Assembly (NCBI RefSeq): GCF_021054785.1
Contig: NZ_CP088239.1
Coordinates: forward strand, 2,220,001 to 2,252,000
From: Tannockella kyphosi
Lineage (GTDB): Bacteria > Bacillota_I > Bacilli_A > Erysipelotrichales > Coprobacillaceae
Length of the DNA stretch: 32,000 nt
Reading direction: 5' to 3'
Of the stretch, positions 1-8,092 are shown in pieces. The notes beneath the pieces were generated by a model that saw only the letters and a list, made by a program, of their open reading frames with translations, searched no databases and was not told the DNA's origin. Each line of letters starts with the position of its first letter. Position 1 is the stretch's first letter. A program made the translations under genes and the position numbers.

Positions 1-441
1 GATACGGCAATAGAAGCAATTCGTGCCGGTAAAATAGGAAAAGGAGATGTCGTAGTTATTCGTTACGAAGGACCAAAAGGTGGTCCTGGAATGCGAGAAA
101 TGTTATCTCCAACTAGTGAAATTGCTGGAATGGGACTAGACAAAGATGTAGCCTTAATTACAGATGGACGTTTCTCAGGAGCTACAAGAGGAGCTTCTAT
201 TGGACACGTTTCACCAGAAGCAGCACTAGGAGGACCTATTGCCTTTGTAAATGAAGGAGATATCATTGATATCGATATTTACAATCATTCTATGAATGTA
301 CGTATCACAGATGAAGAAATGGAAGCCAGAAAAGTAGGGTGGCAACCAAAAGAACCAGAAATCAAAAAAGGATACTTAGTAAGATATGCATCATTAGTTA
401 CATCAGCAGCTAAAGGTGCGGTATTAAAACCTAAAAAATAA
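1..441 (+). CDS. ilvD: Dihydroxy-acid dehydratase, C-terminal fragment (5' end outside the window)
   Basis: Frame 1 is open from base 1 and reads [75 protein letters not shown]. These are hallmark IlvD/Edd C-terminal motifs. The M at 91 in the ORF track is internal. Confidence 0.93.
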   Translation, partial: DTAIEAIRAGKIGKGDVVVIRYEGPKGGPGMREMLSPTSEIAGMGLDKDVALITDGRFSGATRGASIGHVSPEAALGGPIAFVNEGDIIDIDIYNHSMNVRITDEEMEARKVGWQPKEPEIKKGYLVRYASLVTSAAKGAVLKPKK

Positions 442-459
442 AGAGAGGAGAGTAGTATT

Positions 460-2136
460 ATGATTTTAACAGGTGCAGATATAGTTGTAGAATGTTTATT
501 AGAACAAGGTGTAGATACAGTATTTGGGTATCCGGGAGGAACGATATTAAACGTCTATGACAGTTTATATAAATACCAAGATAAAATTAATCATATTCTA
601 ACTTCTCATGAACAAGGCGCAAGTCATGCTGCAGATGGATATGCTAGATCAACAGGAAAAGTAGGAGTTTGTTTAGCGACATCTGGACCAGGAGCTACAA
701 ATCTTGTTACAGGGATTGCAACAGCTTATATGGATTCTATTCCAATGGTTGCAATCACTGCGAACGTAGCTAGATCATTATTAGGTAGAGATAGTTTTCA
801 AGAAATTGACATAACAGGTGTAACAATGCCTATTACAAAACATAACTTTATTGTAAAAGACGTAAAAGACTTAGCACATACCATTCGTAGAGCCTTTAAC
901 ATCGCCAAAGAAGGAAGACCAGGACCAGTACTAGTAGACATTACGAAAGATGCAACAGCTGCCACTATTGAATTCGAACCAAAAATACCAGACACAATAG
1001 GACCTAGAAGCTATACCTATTCAACCTCTGATATCGATAAAGCAGTAGAAATGATAGAAGCATCATCTTGTCCTTTCATCTTTGCAGGAGGCGGAGTTAT
1101 CGCAAGCAACGCAAGTGCTCAACTAAAAGAATTTGCTGAAAAAATAGATGCTCCAGTAGCAGACTCACTAATGGGAAAAGGTGCCTATGATAACACACGT
1201 CCTAGATACACAGGAATGTTAGGAATGCATGGAACAAAAGCATCTAACTTTGGAGTAAGTAAATGTGACTTACTAATTGTAGTAGGAGCTAGATTCTCTG
1301 ATCGTGTTACTGGAAACACACAAAAATTCGCTAACAATGCAAAAATACTACATATCGACATTGATGCAGCAGAAATCAATAAAAACATCGACGTACACCT
1401 AGGTGTAGTTGGAGATGCAGCATGCATCTTAACAGATCTAAATGCAAAACTAACAAGACAAAACCATCCTCAATGGTTAAAAGAAATAAGAGATCTAAAA
1501 GAAAGATATCCAATGACCTATCCTCAAGATCGTTTAACAGGACAATACGTAGTAGAACAAATTGACTTCCTAACAAATGGAGAAGCTCTAATCACAACAG
1601 AAGTAGGACAAAACCAAATGTGGGCTGCTCAATTCTTCCAATACAAATATCCTCGTCAATTTATATCATCAGGAGGAGCAGGAACAATGGGTTATGGATT
1701 AGGTGCTAGTTTAGGAACTAAACTAGGTAATCCACATAAAGATGTATTCAACATTGCAGGAGATGGATGCTTCCGTATGAATATGAACGAACTTGCTACT
1801 GCAAGTCGTTACAACATTCCTATCATTCAAGTAATCTTAAACAATCAAGTACTAGGAATGGTAAGACAATGGCAAACATTATTCTATGGAAAACGTTACT
1901 CTGCAACTGTACTTCATGATAGTGTAGACTTCTGCAAAGTAGCAGAAGGATTAGGATGTCAAGCCATTCGTGTAACAACCAAAGAAGAAGTAGCACCAGC
2001 TATCGAAAAAGCATTACAAGCTACTGGACCAGTAGTAATAGAATGTATGATAGAAGAAGATGATAAAGTATTCCCAATGGTAGCACCAGGTGCTCCTATC
2101 TCAGAATGCTTTAGTCAAGAGGATATCAAAGAATAA
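460..2136 (+). CDS. ilvB: Acetolactate synthase, large (catalytic, ThDP/FAD) subunit
   Basis: 558 aa with GYPGG, HEQGA.HAADGYAR, TSGPGATNLVTG, FQEIDITG and the C-terminal ThDP motif GDG.F.MN..EL. RBS GAGAGGAG lies upstream and the gene follows ilvD. Confidence 0.92.
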   Translation: MILTGADIVVECLLEQGVDTVFGYPGGTILNVYDSLYKYQDKINHILTSHEQGASHAADGYARSTGKVGVCLATSGPGATNLVTGIATAYMDSIPMVAITANVARSLLGRDSFQEIDITGVTMPITKHNFIVKDVKDLAHTIRRAFNIAKEGRPGPVLVDITKDATAATIEFEPKIPDTIGPRSYTYSTSDIDKAVEMIEASSCPFIFAGGGVIASNASAQLKEFAEKIDAPVADSLMGKGAYDNTRPRYTGMLGMHGTKASNFGVSKCDLLIVVGARFSDRVTGNTQKFANNAKILHIDIDAAEINKNIDVHLGVVGDAACILTDLNAKLTRQNHPQWLKEIRDLKERYPMTYPQDRLTGQYVVEQIDFLTNGEALITTEVGQNQMWAAQFFQYKYPRQFISSGGAGTMGYGLGASLGTKLGNPHKDVFNIAGDGCFRMNMNELATASRYNIPIIQVILNNQVLGMVRQWQTLFYGKRYSATVLHDSVDFCKVAEGLGCQAIRVTTKEEVAPAIEKALQATGPVVIECMIEEDDKVFPMVAPGAPISECFSQEDIKE

Positions 2137-2537
2137 TGGATGACTATACACATTTAGTACAATACTACGAAACAGACCAAATGCAAATAGTACATCATTC
2201 CAACTATATACGTTGGTTTGAAGAAGCTAGAGGAGACTATCTTAGTAAAAGAGGAATAGGATATGATTGGTTAGAATCTACAGGTGTATTAGTACCAGTA
2301 CTAGAAGTAGAATGTAAATATCTAGATGTTACTAGATATGCAGATCTAGTAACTATTATTCCTAAGATTACTACCTTTACAGGAGTGAAGTTTGAGGTAG
2401 AATATGAAGTCTTAGTAGATGGCAAACTAAAAGCTACAGGCAAGTCAAAACATTGTTTCTTAGACACAAACCTAAGACCTATCTCTTTAAAAAGAAAATA
2501 TCCAGAAGTATATCAAAAATACATAGATTTACTATAA
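2136..2537 (+). CDS. Hotdog-fold acyl-CoA thioesterase (YbgC/4HBT-like)
   Basis: 133 aa. The N-terminal VQYYETDQMQIVHHSNYIRWFEEAR is typical of 4HBT-type thioesterases. Its start overlaps the ilvB stop (TAATG). Confidence 0.75.
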   Translation: MDDYTHLVQYYETDQMQIVHHSNYIRWFEEARGDYLSKRGIGYDWLESTGVLVPVLEVECKYLDVTRYADLVTIIPKITTFTGVKFEVEYEVLVDGKLKATGKSKHCFLDTNLRPISLKRKYPEVYQKYIDLL

Positions 2538-2559
2538 GCAAGACGATGTCTTGCTTTTT
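2527..2559 (+). repeat. Direct repeat copy 1 (33 nt): last codons of the thioesterase gene plus its terminator
   Basis: atttaCtataagcaagacgatgtcttgcttttt. It matches 3210-3242 at 32 of 33 positions. Confidence 0.9.
2538..2559 (+). terminator. Rho-independent terminator of the ilv-thioesterase unit
   Basis: Stem gcaagac/gtcttgc, loop gat, followed by T5. Confidence 0.7.
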
Positions 2560-2806
2560 ATACGTTTAACTTGCAGTATATATTAGAGAAGTATTTATAG
2601 AGCAGTAATATGTTAATCTCGTTGAAAATATTACTTATAAGTAATATAATGTTCAGTATAAAGGGAAAGTGAAGATTATTTATCGATCATATCTCTATTT
2701 CATGAAAATAATTCAGAACATAAGAATATTATTTTTTAAAAAAGATACATATTCTATAATAAGTGTTTTAAATGAAATTGGTGATAAAAATATAAGTGGT
2801 TAAGAG

Positions 2807-2822
2807 ATATAATCAATTATAT
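2807..2822. promoter_or_regulatory. Perfect 7-2-7 palindrome overlapping a TATAAT box; candidate operator/promoter of the XRE gene
   Basis: ATATAAT-CA-ATTATAT, about 40 nt upstream of the XRE start codon. Confidence 0.35.
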
Positions 2823-2862
2823 TGTAAATATAAGAAGAGTAATCTTAAGGAGGAAAGAAAAG

Positions 2863-3138
2863 ATGAAAAACGTAGATGACGTACTTGCTTTATTTGAAGA
2901 TTATGTAGATGATGCAGATATCATGAAATATAATCTAATTATAGAAGTAACACATAAAATAATGGAAGAAAGAATTTCACAAAACATGTCCCAAAAAGAA
3001 TTTGCAGAAAAACTAGGTATTAGTCAAAGTATGATTTCCAAAATAGAAAGTGAACAATATAACTTCACTTTAGAAATGTTAGCTAAAATATTTACTAAAT
3101 TAGATTATACTGTTGAGTTGAGAATAGATAAAATATAA
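2863..3138 (+). CDS. XRE-family helix-turn-helix protein with a ~35-aa N-terminal extension (HigA/antitoxin-like architecture)
   Basis: 91 aa. The HTH_3-type motif is MSQKEFAEKLGISQSMISKIESEQYNFTLEMLAKIF. A strong RBS AAGGAGGAAA precedes the ATG. Confidence 0.8.
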   Translation: MKNVDDVLALFEDYVDDADIMKYNLIIEVTHKIMEERISQNMSQKEFAEKLGISQSMISKIESEQYNFTLEMLAKIFTKLDYTVELRIDKI

Positions 3139-3209
3139 ATTCACAATTATCTTGAATCTTTAAAAATAACTTCTTATTCATTAGAACTTTAGTCTAACTT
3201 TTTTGAACG

Positions 3210-3242
3210 ATTTATTATAAGCAAGACGATGTCTTGCTTTTT
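3210..3242 (+). repeat. Direct repeat copy 2 (33 nt)
   Basis: atttaTtataagcaagacgatgtcttgcttttt. It retains GAT TTA TTA TAA (D L L stop), a synonymous version of the thioesterase 3' end. Confidence 0.9.
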
Positions 3243-3243
3243 T
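3221..3243 (+). terminator. Rho-independent terminator (duplicate hairpin) after the XRE gene
   Basis: Same gcaagac-gat-gtcttgc stem-loop, followed by T6. Confidence 0.65.
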
Positions 3244-3262
3244 GGTCTAGATAATAGATAAT
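3234..3262 (+). promoter_or_regulatory. Candidate sigma-A promoter for the glycosyltransferase cluster
   Basis: TTGCTT (3234-3239, inside the terminator 3' arm), 17-nt spacer, GATAAT (3257-3262). Confidence 0.3.
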
Positions 3263-3290
3263 GTGATGGAAGATAGAAGGGATAATTCTA

Positions 3291-4298
3291 ATGGACAATT
3301 TAGTTAGTGTAGTAATTCCTGTTTATAATAGAGAAAAATATATAGAAAGATGTGTTAATAGTATTCAACAACAAACCTATCGTAACATAGAAATCATTAT
3401 AGTAAATGATGGATCAACTGATTCATCCTTATCTATTTGTAAACAACTACAAGAAAATGACAATCGAATAAAGTTATACTCACAAGAAAACAAAGGAGTA
3501 TCCTTTGCTAGAAATGTAGGGATACGTAACAGTACAGGTACTTATCTTTTGTTTGTAGATAGTGATGACTATATTGAAAAAGAAACAATAGAAGTTGCTA
3601 TACCTAGAATGAGAGATGACGCTGATATGGTAATGTTTGGCATTAAAGTTATCAACAAACTAGGACATACTCATCCTCATGGGCAAACAGAAGGTCCTTT
3701 AACGGTTGGAACAATGATGGAAGATTATTTTCTTGCTATAAATGGAATATTACATAATAGTCCTTGTAATAAAGTTTATCAAAAGCAAATATTAGAGAAA
3801 CATAAGATATTATTTGATGAAAACGTGAAAAATGGGGAAGATGTCTTATTTAATTTTGAATATTATCAATATATAAAAAATATTTTATATATTGATAACT
3901 ATTTTTATTACTATTATTCTCATAAAAACCAAAGTTCAGATACATATAATGAAGATCACCTTAATAGTGTTTTATATCGCTTTAACAAAGAAAAAATATT
4001 ATATAAAAATATAATGAAAAAAGAAGTGGATATTATAAAATCAAATCAAATGTTTTTAAGCTATATCAAACGTACGTGCTTTAATAATCACTTAAGTCCT
4101 TATGAATATAAAAAGAAATTGCAGTTTTTAAAAGAATATATTAATAATTCTGAGGTCCAAGGATTATTATCTACCTATAAACCTGATAAATTGGTTAATT
4201 ATATCTATTATGTGTTTTTTAAATCAAATAGTGCAACACTAGTCTATTGGCTAACTAAATTACATAGAAATGTAAATATTATTAGAAAATCATACTAA
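3291..4298 (+). CDS. Family-2 glycosyltransferase
   Basis: 335 aa. The N-terminal VSVVIPVYNREKYIERCVNSIQQQTY..IIIVNDGSTD...FVDSDDY is a GT-A fold with a DxD motif. Confidence 0.87.
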   Translation: MDNLVSVVIPVYNREKYIERCVNSIQQQTYRNIEIIIVNDGSTDSSLSICKQLQENDNRIKLYSQENKGVSFARNVGIRNSTGTYLLFVDSDDYIEKETIEVAIPRMRDDADMVMFGIKVINKLGHTHPHGQTEGPLTVGTMMEDYFLAINGILHNSPCNKVYQKQILEKHKILFDENVKNGEDVLFNFEYYQYIKNILYIDNYFYYYYSHKNQSSDTYNEDHLNSVLYRFNKEKILYKNIMKKEVDIIKSNQMFLSYIKRTCFNNHLSPYEYKKKLQFLKEYINNSEVQGLLSTYKPDKLVNYIYYVFFKSNSATLVYWLTKLHRNVNIIRKSY

Positions 4299-4309
4299 GG
4301 AGATCTGTT

Positions 4310-5236
4310 ATGAAATTATCTGTTGTAATGCCAACCTATAATGAAACAAGAGAACAAATAATAGATTCTATTGAATCTATTTTAAACCAAACATATACAG
4401 ATTTTGAATATGTTATTGTTTGTGATAACCCAAACAATAAGGAAGTAACAGATGTGTTAGAAGAATATAAAATAAAAGATAATCGTATTGTTATTGTTAT
4501 GAATGAAAAGAACATGGGAATACCTTATAGTTTAAATAGAGGGGTAGAAGTATCGAAAGGTCAGTATATTGCAAGAATGGATGCAGATGACTACTCTTTT
4601 CCCAATAGATTTATGATTCAAATGGATCTACTAGAAAAAGAAAATGTAGATTTAGTTTGTAGCAATATGATTGTAGAAACGGAAACGAATACATATTCAA
4701 CTAATAGAAAAGATGAAATTGATGAAATACTGCTAAATTATTGTTGTATAGCACATAGTTCTGTTATTTTTAAAAAACAAGCTTTTCAAGAAGCCGGTGG
4801 ATATCGAATGTTACAACCTGCTGAAGATTATGATCTATGGCTAAGGTTTTTATCACTACATAAGAAGATGAGACTAATTGAAGAAGACTTAGTTATCTAT
4901 CGATATAGATCACAAGGTGTAAGTTCATCTAATGCATATGAACAAATGTTGATGACGGAGTACTGTAGACAGTTATATCAAGAACGTGTACTAAAAGGAT
5001 ATGATTCATGTTCGAAAGAATCTTATTTAATGTTTCTAAATAAACAAGGAATTAAAGGAGATATGAAGCAATATAATAAAGCATTTAATATGTACTTAAA
5101 AGGAACTAGTTATATTAAAAAAGGTAATCCTAAAGGTATTTGTTATTTATTGTTATCATTTAAAAAACCAAAAGTGCCAATACAATGTATTCATAGATAC
5201 ATAAAGAAGCGAATAAGGATAATAACCAATGTCTAG
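4310..5236 (+). CDS. Family-2 glycosyltransferase
   Basis: 308 aa. LSVVMPTYNE...ILNQTY...ARMDADDYSFPNRF is a GT2 signature with a DxD motif. Confidence 0.87.
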   Translation: MKLSVVMPTYNETREQIIDSIESILNQTYTDFEYVIVCDNPNNKEVTDVLEEYKIKDNRIVIVMNEKNMGIPYSLNRGVEVSKGQYIARMDADDYSFPNRFMIQMDLLEKENVDLVCSNMIVETETNTYSTNRKDEIDEILLNYCCIAHSSVIFKKQAFQEAGGYRMLQPAEDYDLWLRFLSLHKKMRLIEEDLVIYRYRSQGVSSSNAYEQMLMTEYCRQLYQERVLKGYDSCSKESYLMFLNKQGIKGDMKQYNKAFNMYLKGTSYIKKGNPKGICYLLLSFKKPKVPIQCIHRYIKKRIRIITNV

Positions 5237-6743
5237 AACTAAAAACTCTATCAAGAATATAACTATCTCTATATTATCAAAATCAGGAACACATATCTCT
5301 TCTTTTATCTACCGTACTATCTTTATCTATACACTATCTGTAGAATACTTAGGTATTAGTGGATTATTCACAAATATATTATCTTTCCTATCCCTAGTAG
5401 AACTAGGGATAGGATCAGCTATCGTATATTGTCTTTATCAACCTATTGCTATAGGTGATAATGAGAAAATAAAGTCTTATGTTAAGCTATATAAACAAAT
5501 ATACTTTATGATAGGGGTTATTATTTTAGTAATAGGATCTTTATTAACACCTTATCTAAGTTTCTTTGTAACAGAATTACCTAATATAGAAGGAATACAA
5601 CGAATCTATCTTTTATACTTACTTAACTTTGGAATATCTTATTTCTTCTTATATGCAACCACTATTATTAATGCTCATCAAAAAAGCTATATTACTGCAT
5701 TAATAAAAGATGGTGCATTAATAACGGTAACGATAATTCAATGTATTGTCTTACTACTAACAAAAGACTATCAACTTGTCTTAGTATTACAACTACTATC
5801 TACCATATTCATGGGTATCCTAATGACAAGGGTAGCTAATCATATGTATCCTTACTTAAAAGAAAAAGAAGTACAACCATTAGAATTAAAAGAAAAACAA
5901 AATATCAAGAAAAACGTATTAGCTCTTATTCATCACCAAATAGCAAGTGTTATTGTCTTTTGTACGGATAACTTATTAATTAGTAAATTAGTTGGTATTA
6001 TAGCAGTAGGCTTATATTCTAACTATATTATGATTACTTCTGTATTAAGTGGTTTTATTGCGATTATAACGACAAGTATTACAGCAAGTATTGGTAACTT
6101 AGGAGTAGATAGTAAAGTAGAACATCAGTTATGTACTTTTTATGAAGTGTTTTTATTCTATGCTTTGTTAGGTGGATCAATGAGTATTTGTTTATATGTT
6201 CTATTTCAAGATTTTATTGTATTATGGATAGGACAAAGCTATTTATTATCAACGGTAGCGGTAGGTATTATCGTACTTAATTTCTATTTAACATTAATGC
6301 GTAAAGCTTGTTTGTTAGTACATGATACAAATGGTTTGTTTTGGTATAGTAGATATAAACCAGTAGTAGAGTCTATTGTTAATTTAGTGATGTCTATTGT
6401 ATTAGCGAAGTATTATGGTATTGTTGGTATATTAATAGGAACTACTATTAGTACCGTAACTGTATGCTTTTGGGTAGAACCATATATTATTTATAAATAC
6501 GTCTTTAAAGTAAGTGTTATCACTTACTTTAAAAAGTATTTCTTACATACGATAAAGATGGTTGGTTTATTGATGATTATTTTATTTATTACAAATATGT
6601 TTGATACAGCCTTATTTTTTACATTTATTATGAAGATGATAACATGTACTATTCTTATTCCTATTGGAGTGTTTGTATTGTTTAATAGGGATGAAGATTT
6701 TAAGAGATTGAAGAAAAGATTTATTAAAAATAAAATGTTCTAA
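5229..6743 (+). CDS. Polysaccharide/oligosaccharide flippase, MOP superfamily (Wzx-like)
   Basis: 504 aa and very hydrophobic, with many predicted TM segments. The N-terminal KNSIKN...S and overall layout resemble Polysacc_synt proteins. It overlaps the upstream GT2 gene by 8 nt (ATGTCTAG). Confidence 0.8.
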   Translation: MSRTKNSIKNITISILSKSGTHISSFIYRTIFIYTLSVEYLGISGLFTNILSFLSLVELGIGSAIVYCLYQPIAIGDNEKIKSYVKLYKQIYFMIGVIILVIGSLLTPYLSFFVTELPNIEGIQRIYLLYLLNFGISYFFLYATTIINAHQKSYITALIKDGALITVTIIQCIVLLLTKDYQLVLVLQLLSTIFMGILMTRVANHMYPYLKEKEVQPLELKEKQNIKKNVLALIHHQIASVIVFCTDNLLISKLVGIIAVGLYSNYIMITSVLSGFIAIITTSITASIGNLGVDSKVEHQLCTFYEVFLFYALLGGSMSICLYVLFQDFIVLWIGQSYLLSTVAVGIIVLNFYLTLMRKACLLVHDTNGLFWYSRYKPVVESIVNLVMSIVLAKYYGIVGILIGTTISTVTVCFWVEPYIIYKYVFKVSVITYFKKYFLHTIKMVGLLMIILFITNMFDTALFFTFIMKMITCTILIPIGVFVLFNRDEDFKRLKKRFIKNKMF

Positions 6744-6802
6744 AATAAATACAAAGTTATTGAATACTCTTTAAAAGAGAGTATAATGACTTTGTATTTA
6801 TT
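6744..6802 (+). terminator. Long two-tier stem-loop after wzx, with an embedded TTGAAT-16-TATAAT promoter for yitT
   Basis: The 14-bp outer stem is aataaatacaaagt (6744-6757)/actttgtatttatt (6789-6802). The 7-bp inner stem is atactct/agagtat. TTGAAT sits at 6760-6765 and TATAAT at 6782-6787. Confidence 0.45.
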
Positions 6803-6817
6803 GTTTAGGAGACAAAG

Positions 6818-7678
6818 ATGAAAGAGTTATTTACGAAAAAGAATTTAATTACGTTTGTAGCAGTAGTAGCATCAAGTGTTATGATGGCATCTGTGACAAA
6901 GACATTTACGAGACCAGCAGGTATTTTATCTGGTGGTTTTATGGGTATTGCGATGTTAGCTGATATGTTGGCAGAAAAGTTAGGATTTTATTTTCCTACT
7001 GCATTAGGATTGGTTTGTTTGAATTTACCTGTTGCAATATTTTGTTTTAAGAAGATTTCACCTCGGTTTGTTTGTTTTTCTTTGTTACATGTAGCATGTA
7101 CTTCTTTTATGTTAGAAGTAGTACCTTCTTATCCTTTGATGGAAGAAATTATGTTAAATGTAATTTTTGGAGGGTTTTTATATGGTATTAGTATTGTTGT
7201 GGTTTTAAAAGGAAATGCTTCTACTGGAGGTACTGATTTTATAGCTTTATATGTTTCGAATAAGAGTGGAAAAGAAATATGGATACAAGTATTTTGTTTT
7301 AATGCTTTGGTTTTATGTATTTATGGATGTATCTTTGGTTTTGAATTAGCAGGATATTCTATTTTGTTTCAGTTTTTAGTAACGAAGACTATTTCTACTT
7401 TCCATATACGTTATCAACGTGTGATGTTACATATCTTTACGAAAAGAAAAGATGAAGTAGTTGATGCATATGTGAATAACTTCCGTCATGGAATGACGGT
7501 ATTAGATGGTTATGGGGGATATTCAAAACAAGAGGTGACGATGTTAACAGCAATAGTTTCTAGTTATGAAATGGATGATGTTATTGAAGTATTGCAAAAA
7601 GTGGATCCAGCATTAATTGTGAATGTTACGAAGTCACAAAAGTATGTAGGAAGATTTTATATGAGACCACTAGATTAG
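6818..7678 (+). CDS. YitT-family membrane protein with C-terminal DUF2179 domain
   Basis: 286 aa with N-terminal TM helices, an STGGTDFIALY motif and a soluble C-terminal MTVLDGYGGYSKQE...IVNVT domain. Confidence 0.8.
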   Translation: MKELFTKKNLITFVAVVASSVMMASVTKTFTRPAGILSGGFMGIAMLADMLAEKLGFYFPTALGLVCLNLPVAIFCFKKISPRFVCFSLLHVACTSFMLEVVPSYPLMEEIMLNVIFGGFLYGISIVVVLKGNASTGGTDFIALYVSNKSGKEIWIQVFCFNALVLCIYGCIFGFELAGYSILFQFLVTKTISTFHIRYQRVMLHIFTKRKDEVVDAYVNNFRHGMTVLDGYGGYSKQEVTMLTAIVSSYEMDDVIEVLQKVDPALIVNVTKSQKYVGRFYMRPLD

Positions 7679-7684
7679 TGGTCT
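7664..7684 (+). terminator. Stem-loop at the convergent yitT/rhodanese junction
   Basis: agaccacta-gat-tagtggtct overlaps the yitT stop and is followed by a T-rich tract. Confidence 0.5.
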
Positions 7685-7693
7685 TGTTTGTTG

Positions 7694-8008
7694 TTAAAAG
7701 TACAATTGTTCATCAATAGGATAAAGGACACTATTTATTCCTCCCTCTACGATATAAACTTCAAATCCTTTACTTGTAAGTAGGGGTGCGTATTGCTTAG
7801 CAACACGCCCACTATAACAAAGTAAAATGATGGGAAGAGATGTATTTAGAGAGGGTAATTGTTGTAAAAGAGAAGAAGCAGGGATGTTTTGAAAGTTCTT
7901 TAAATGAAAGCGTTGGTAATCGGATGGGCTTCTTAGGTCGATAAACTGATAATTATGCTCTAAAATAGCATATAATTTGGTTGGAATGATGGAATATATT
8001 TTTTTCAT
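7694..8008 (-). CDS. Single-domain rhodanese-like sulfurtransferase
   Basis: 104 aa. FIDLRSPSDYQRFHL and the catalytic-loop-like LLCYSGRVA motif are present. Confidence 0.75.
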   Translation of the reverse strand: MKKIYSIIPTKLYAILEHNYQFIDLRSPSDYQRFHLKNFQNIPASSLLQQLPSLNTSLPIILLCYSGRVAKQYAPLLTSKGFEVYIVEGGINSVLYPIDEQLYF

Positions 8009-8039
8009 GAAAACACCTCATTTTATAATATGAAAATAA

Positions 8040-8068
8040 TTGAAAATGATGAATTTCTTTGATATAAT
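8040..8068 (+). promoter_or_regulatory. Sigma-A promoter for pgk-tpiA
   Basis: TTGAAA (8040-8045), 17-nt spacer, TATAAT (8063-8068). Confidence 0.6.
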
Positions 8069-8092
8069 GCACCCATGGAGGAATAAGAAAAA

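Noticed and set aside
2610-2672. 20-codon hydrophobic ORF (MLISLKILLISNIMFSIKGK), considered as a type I toxin-like peptide
   Set aside because: There is no Shine-Dalgarno sequence and no evident antisense RNA or promoter arrangement. Short ORFs like this are expected by chance in AT-rich DNA.
3248-3262. tagataa-tagataa-t tandem duplication upstream of the first GT2 gene
   Set aside because: It has only two 7-nt units in AT-rich DNA. It is more simply read as a -10-like box, listed above as a low-confidence promoter.
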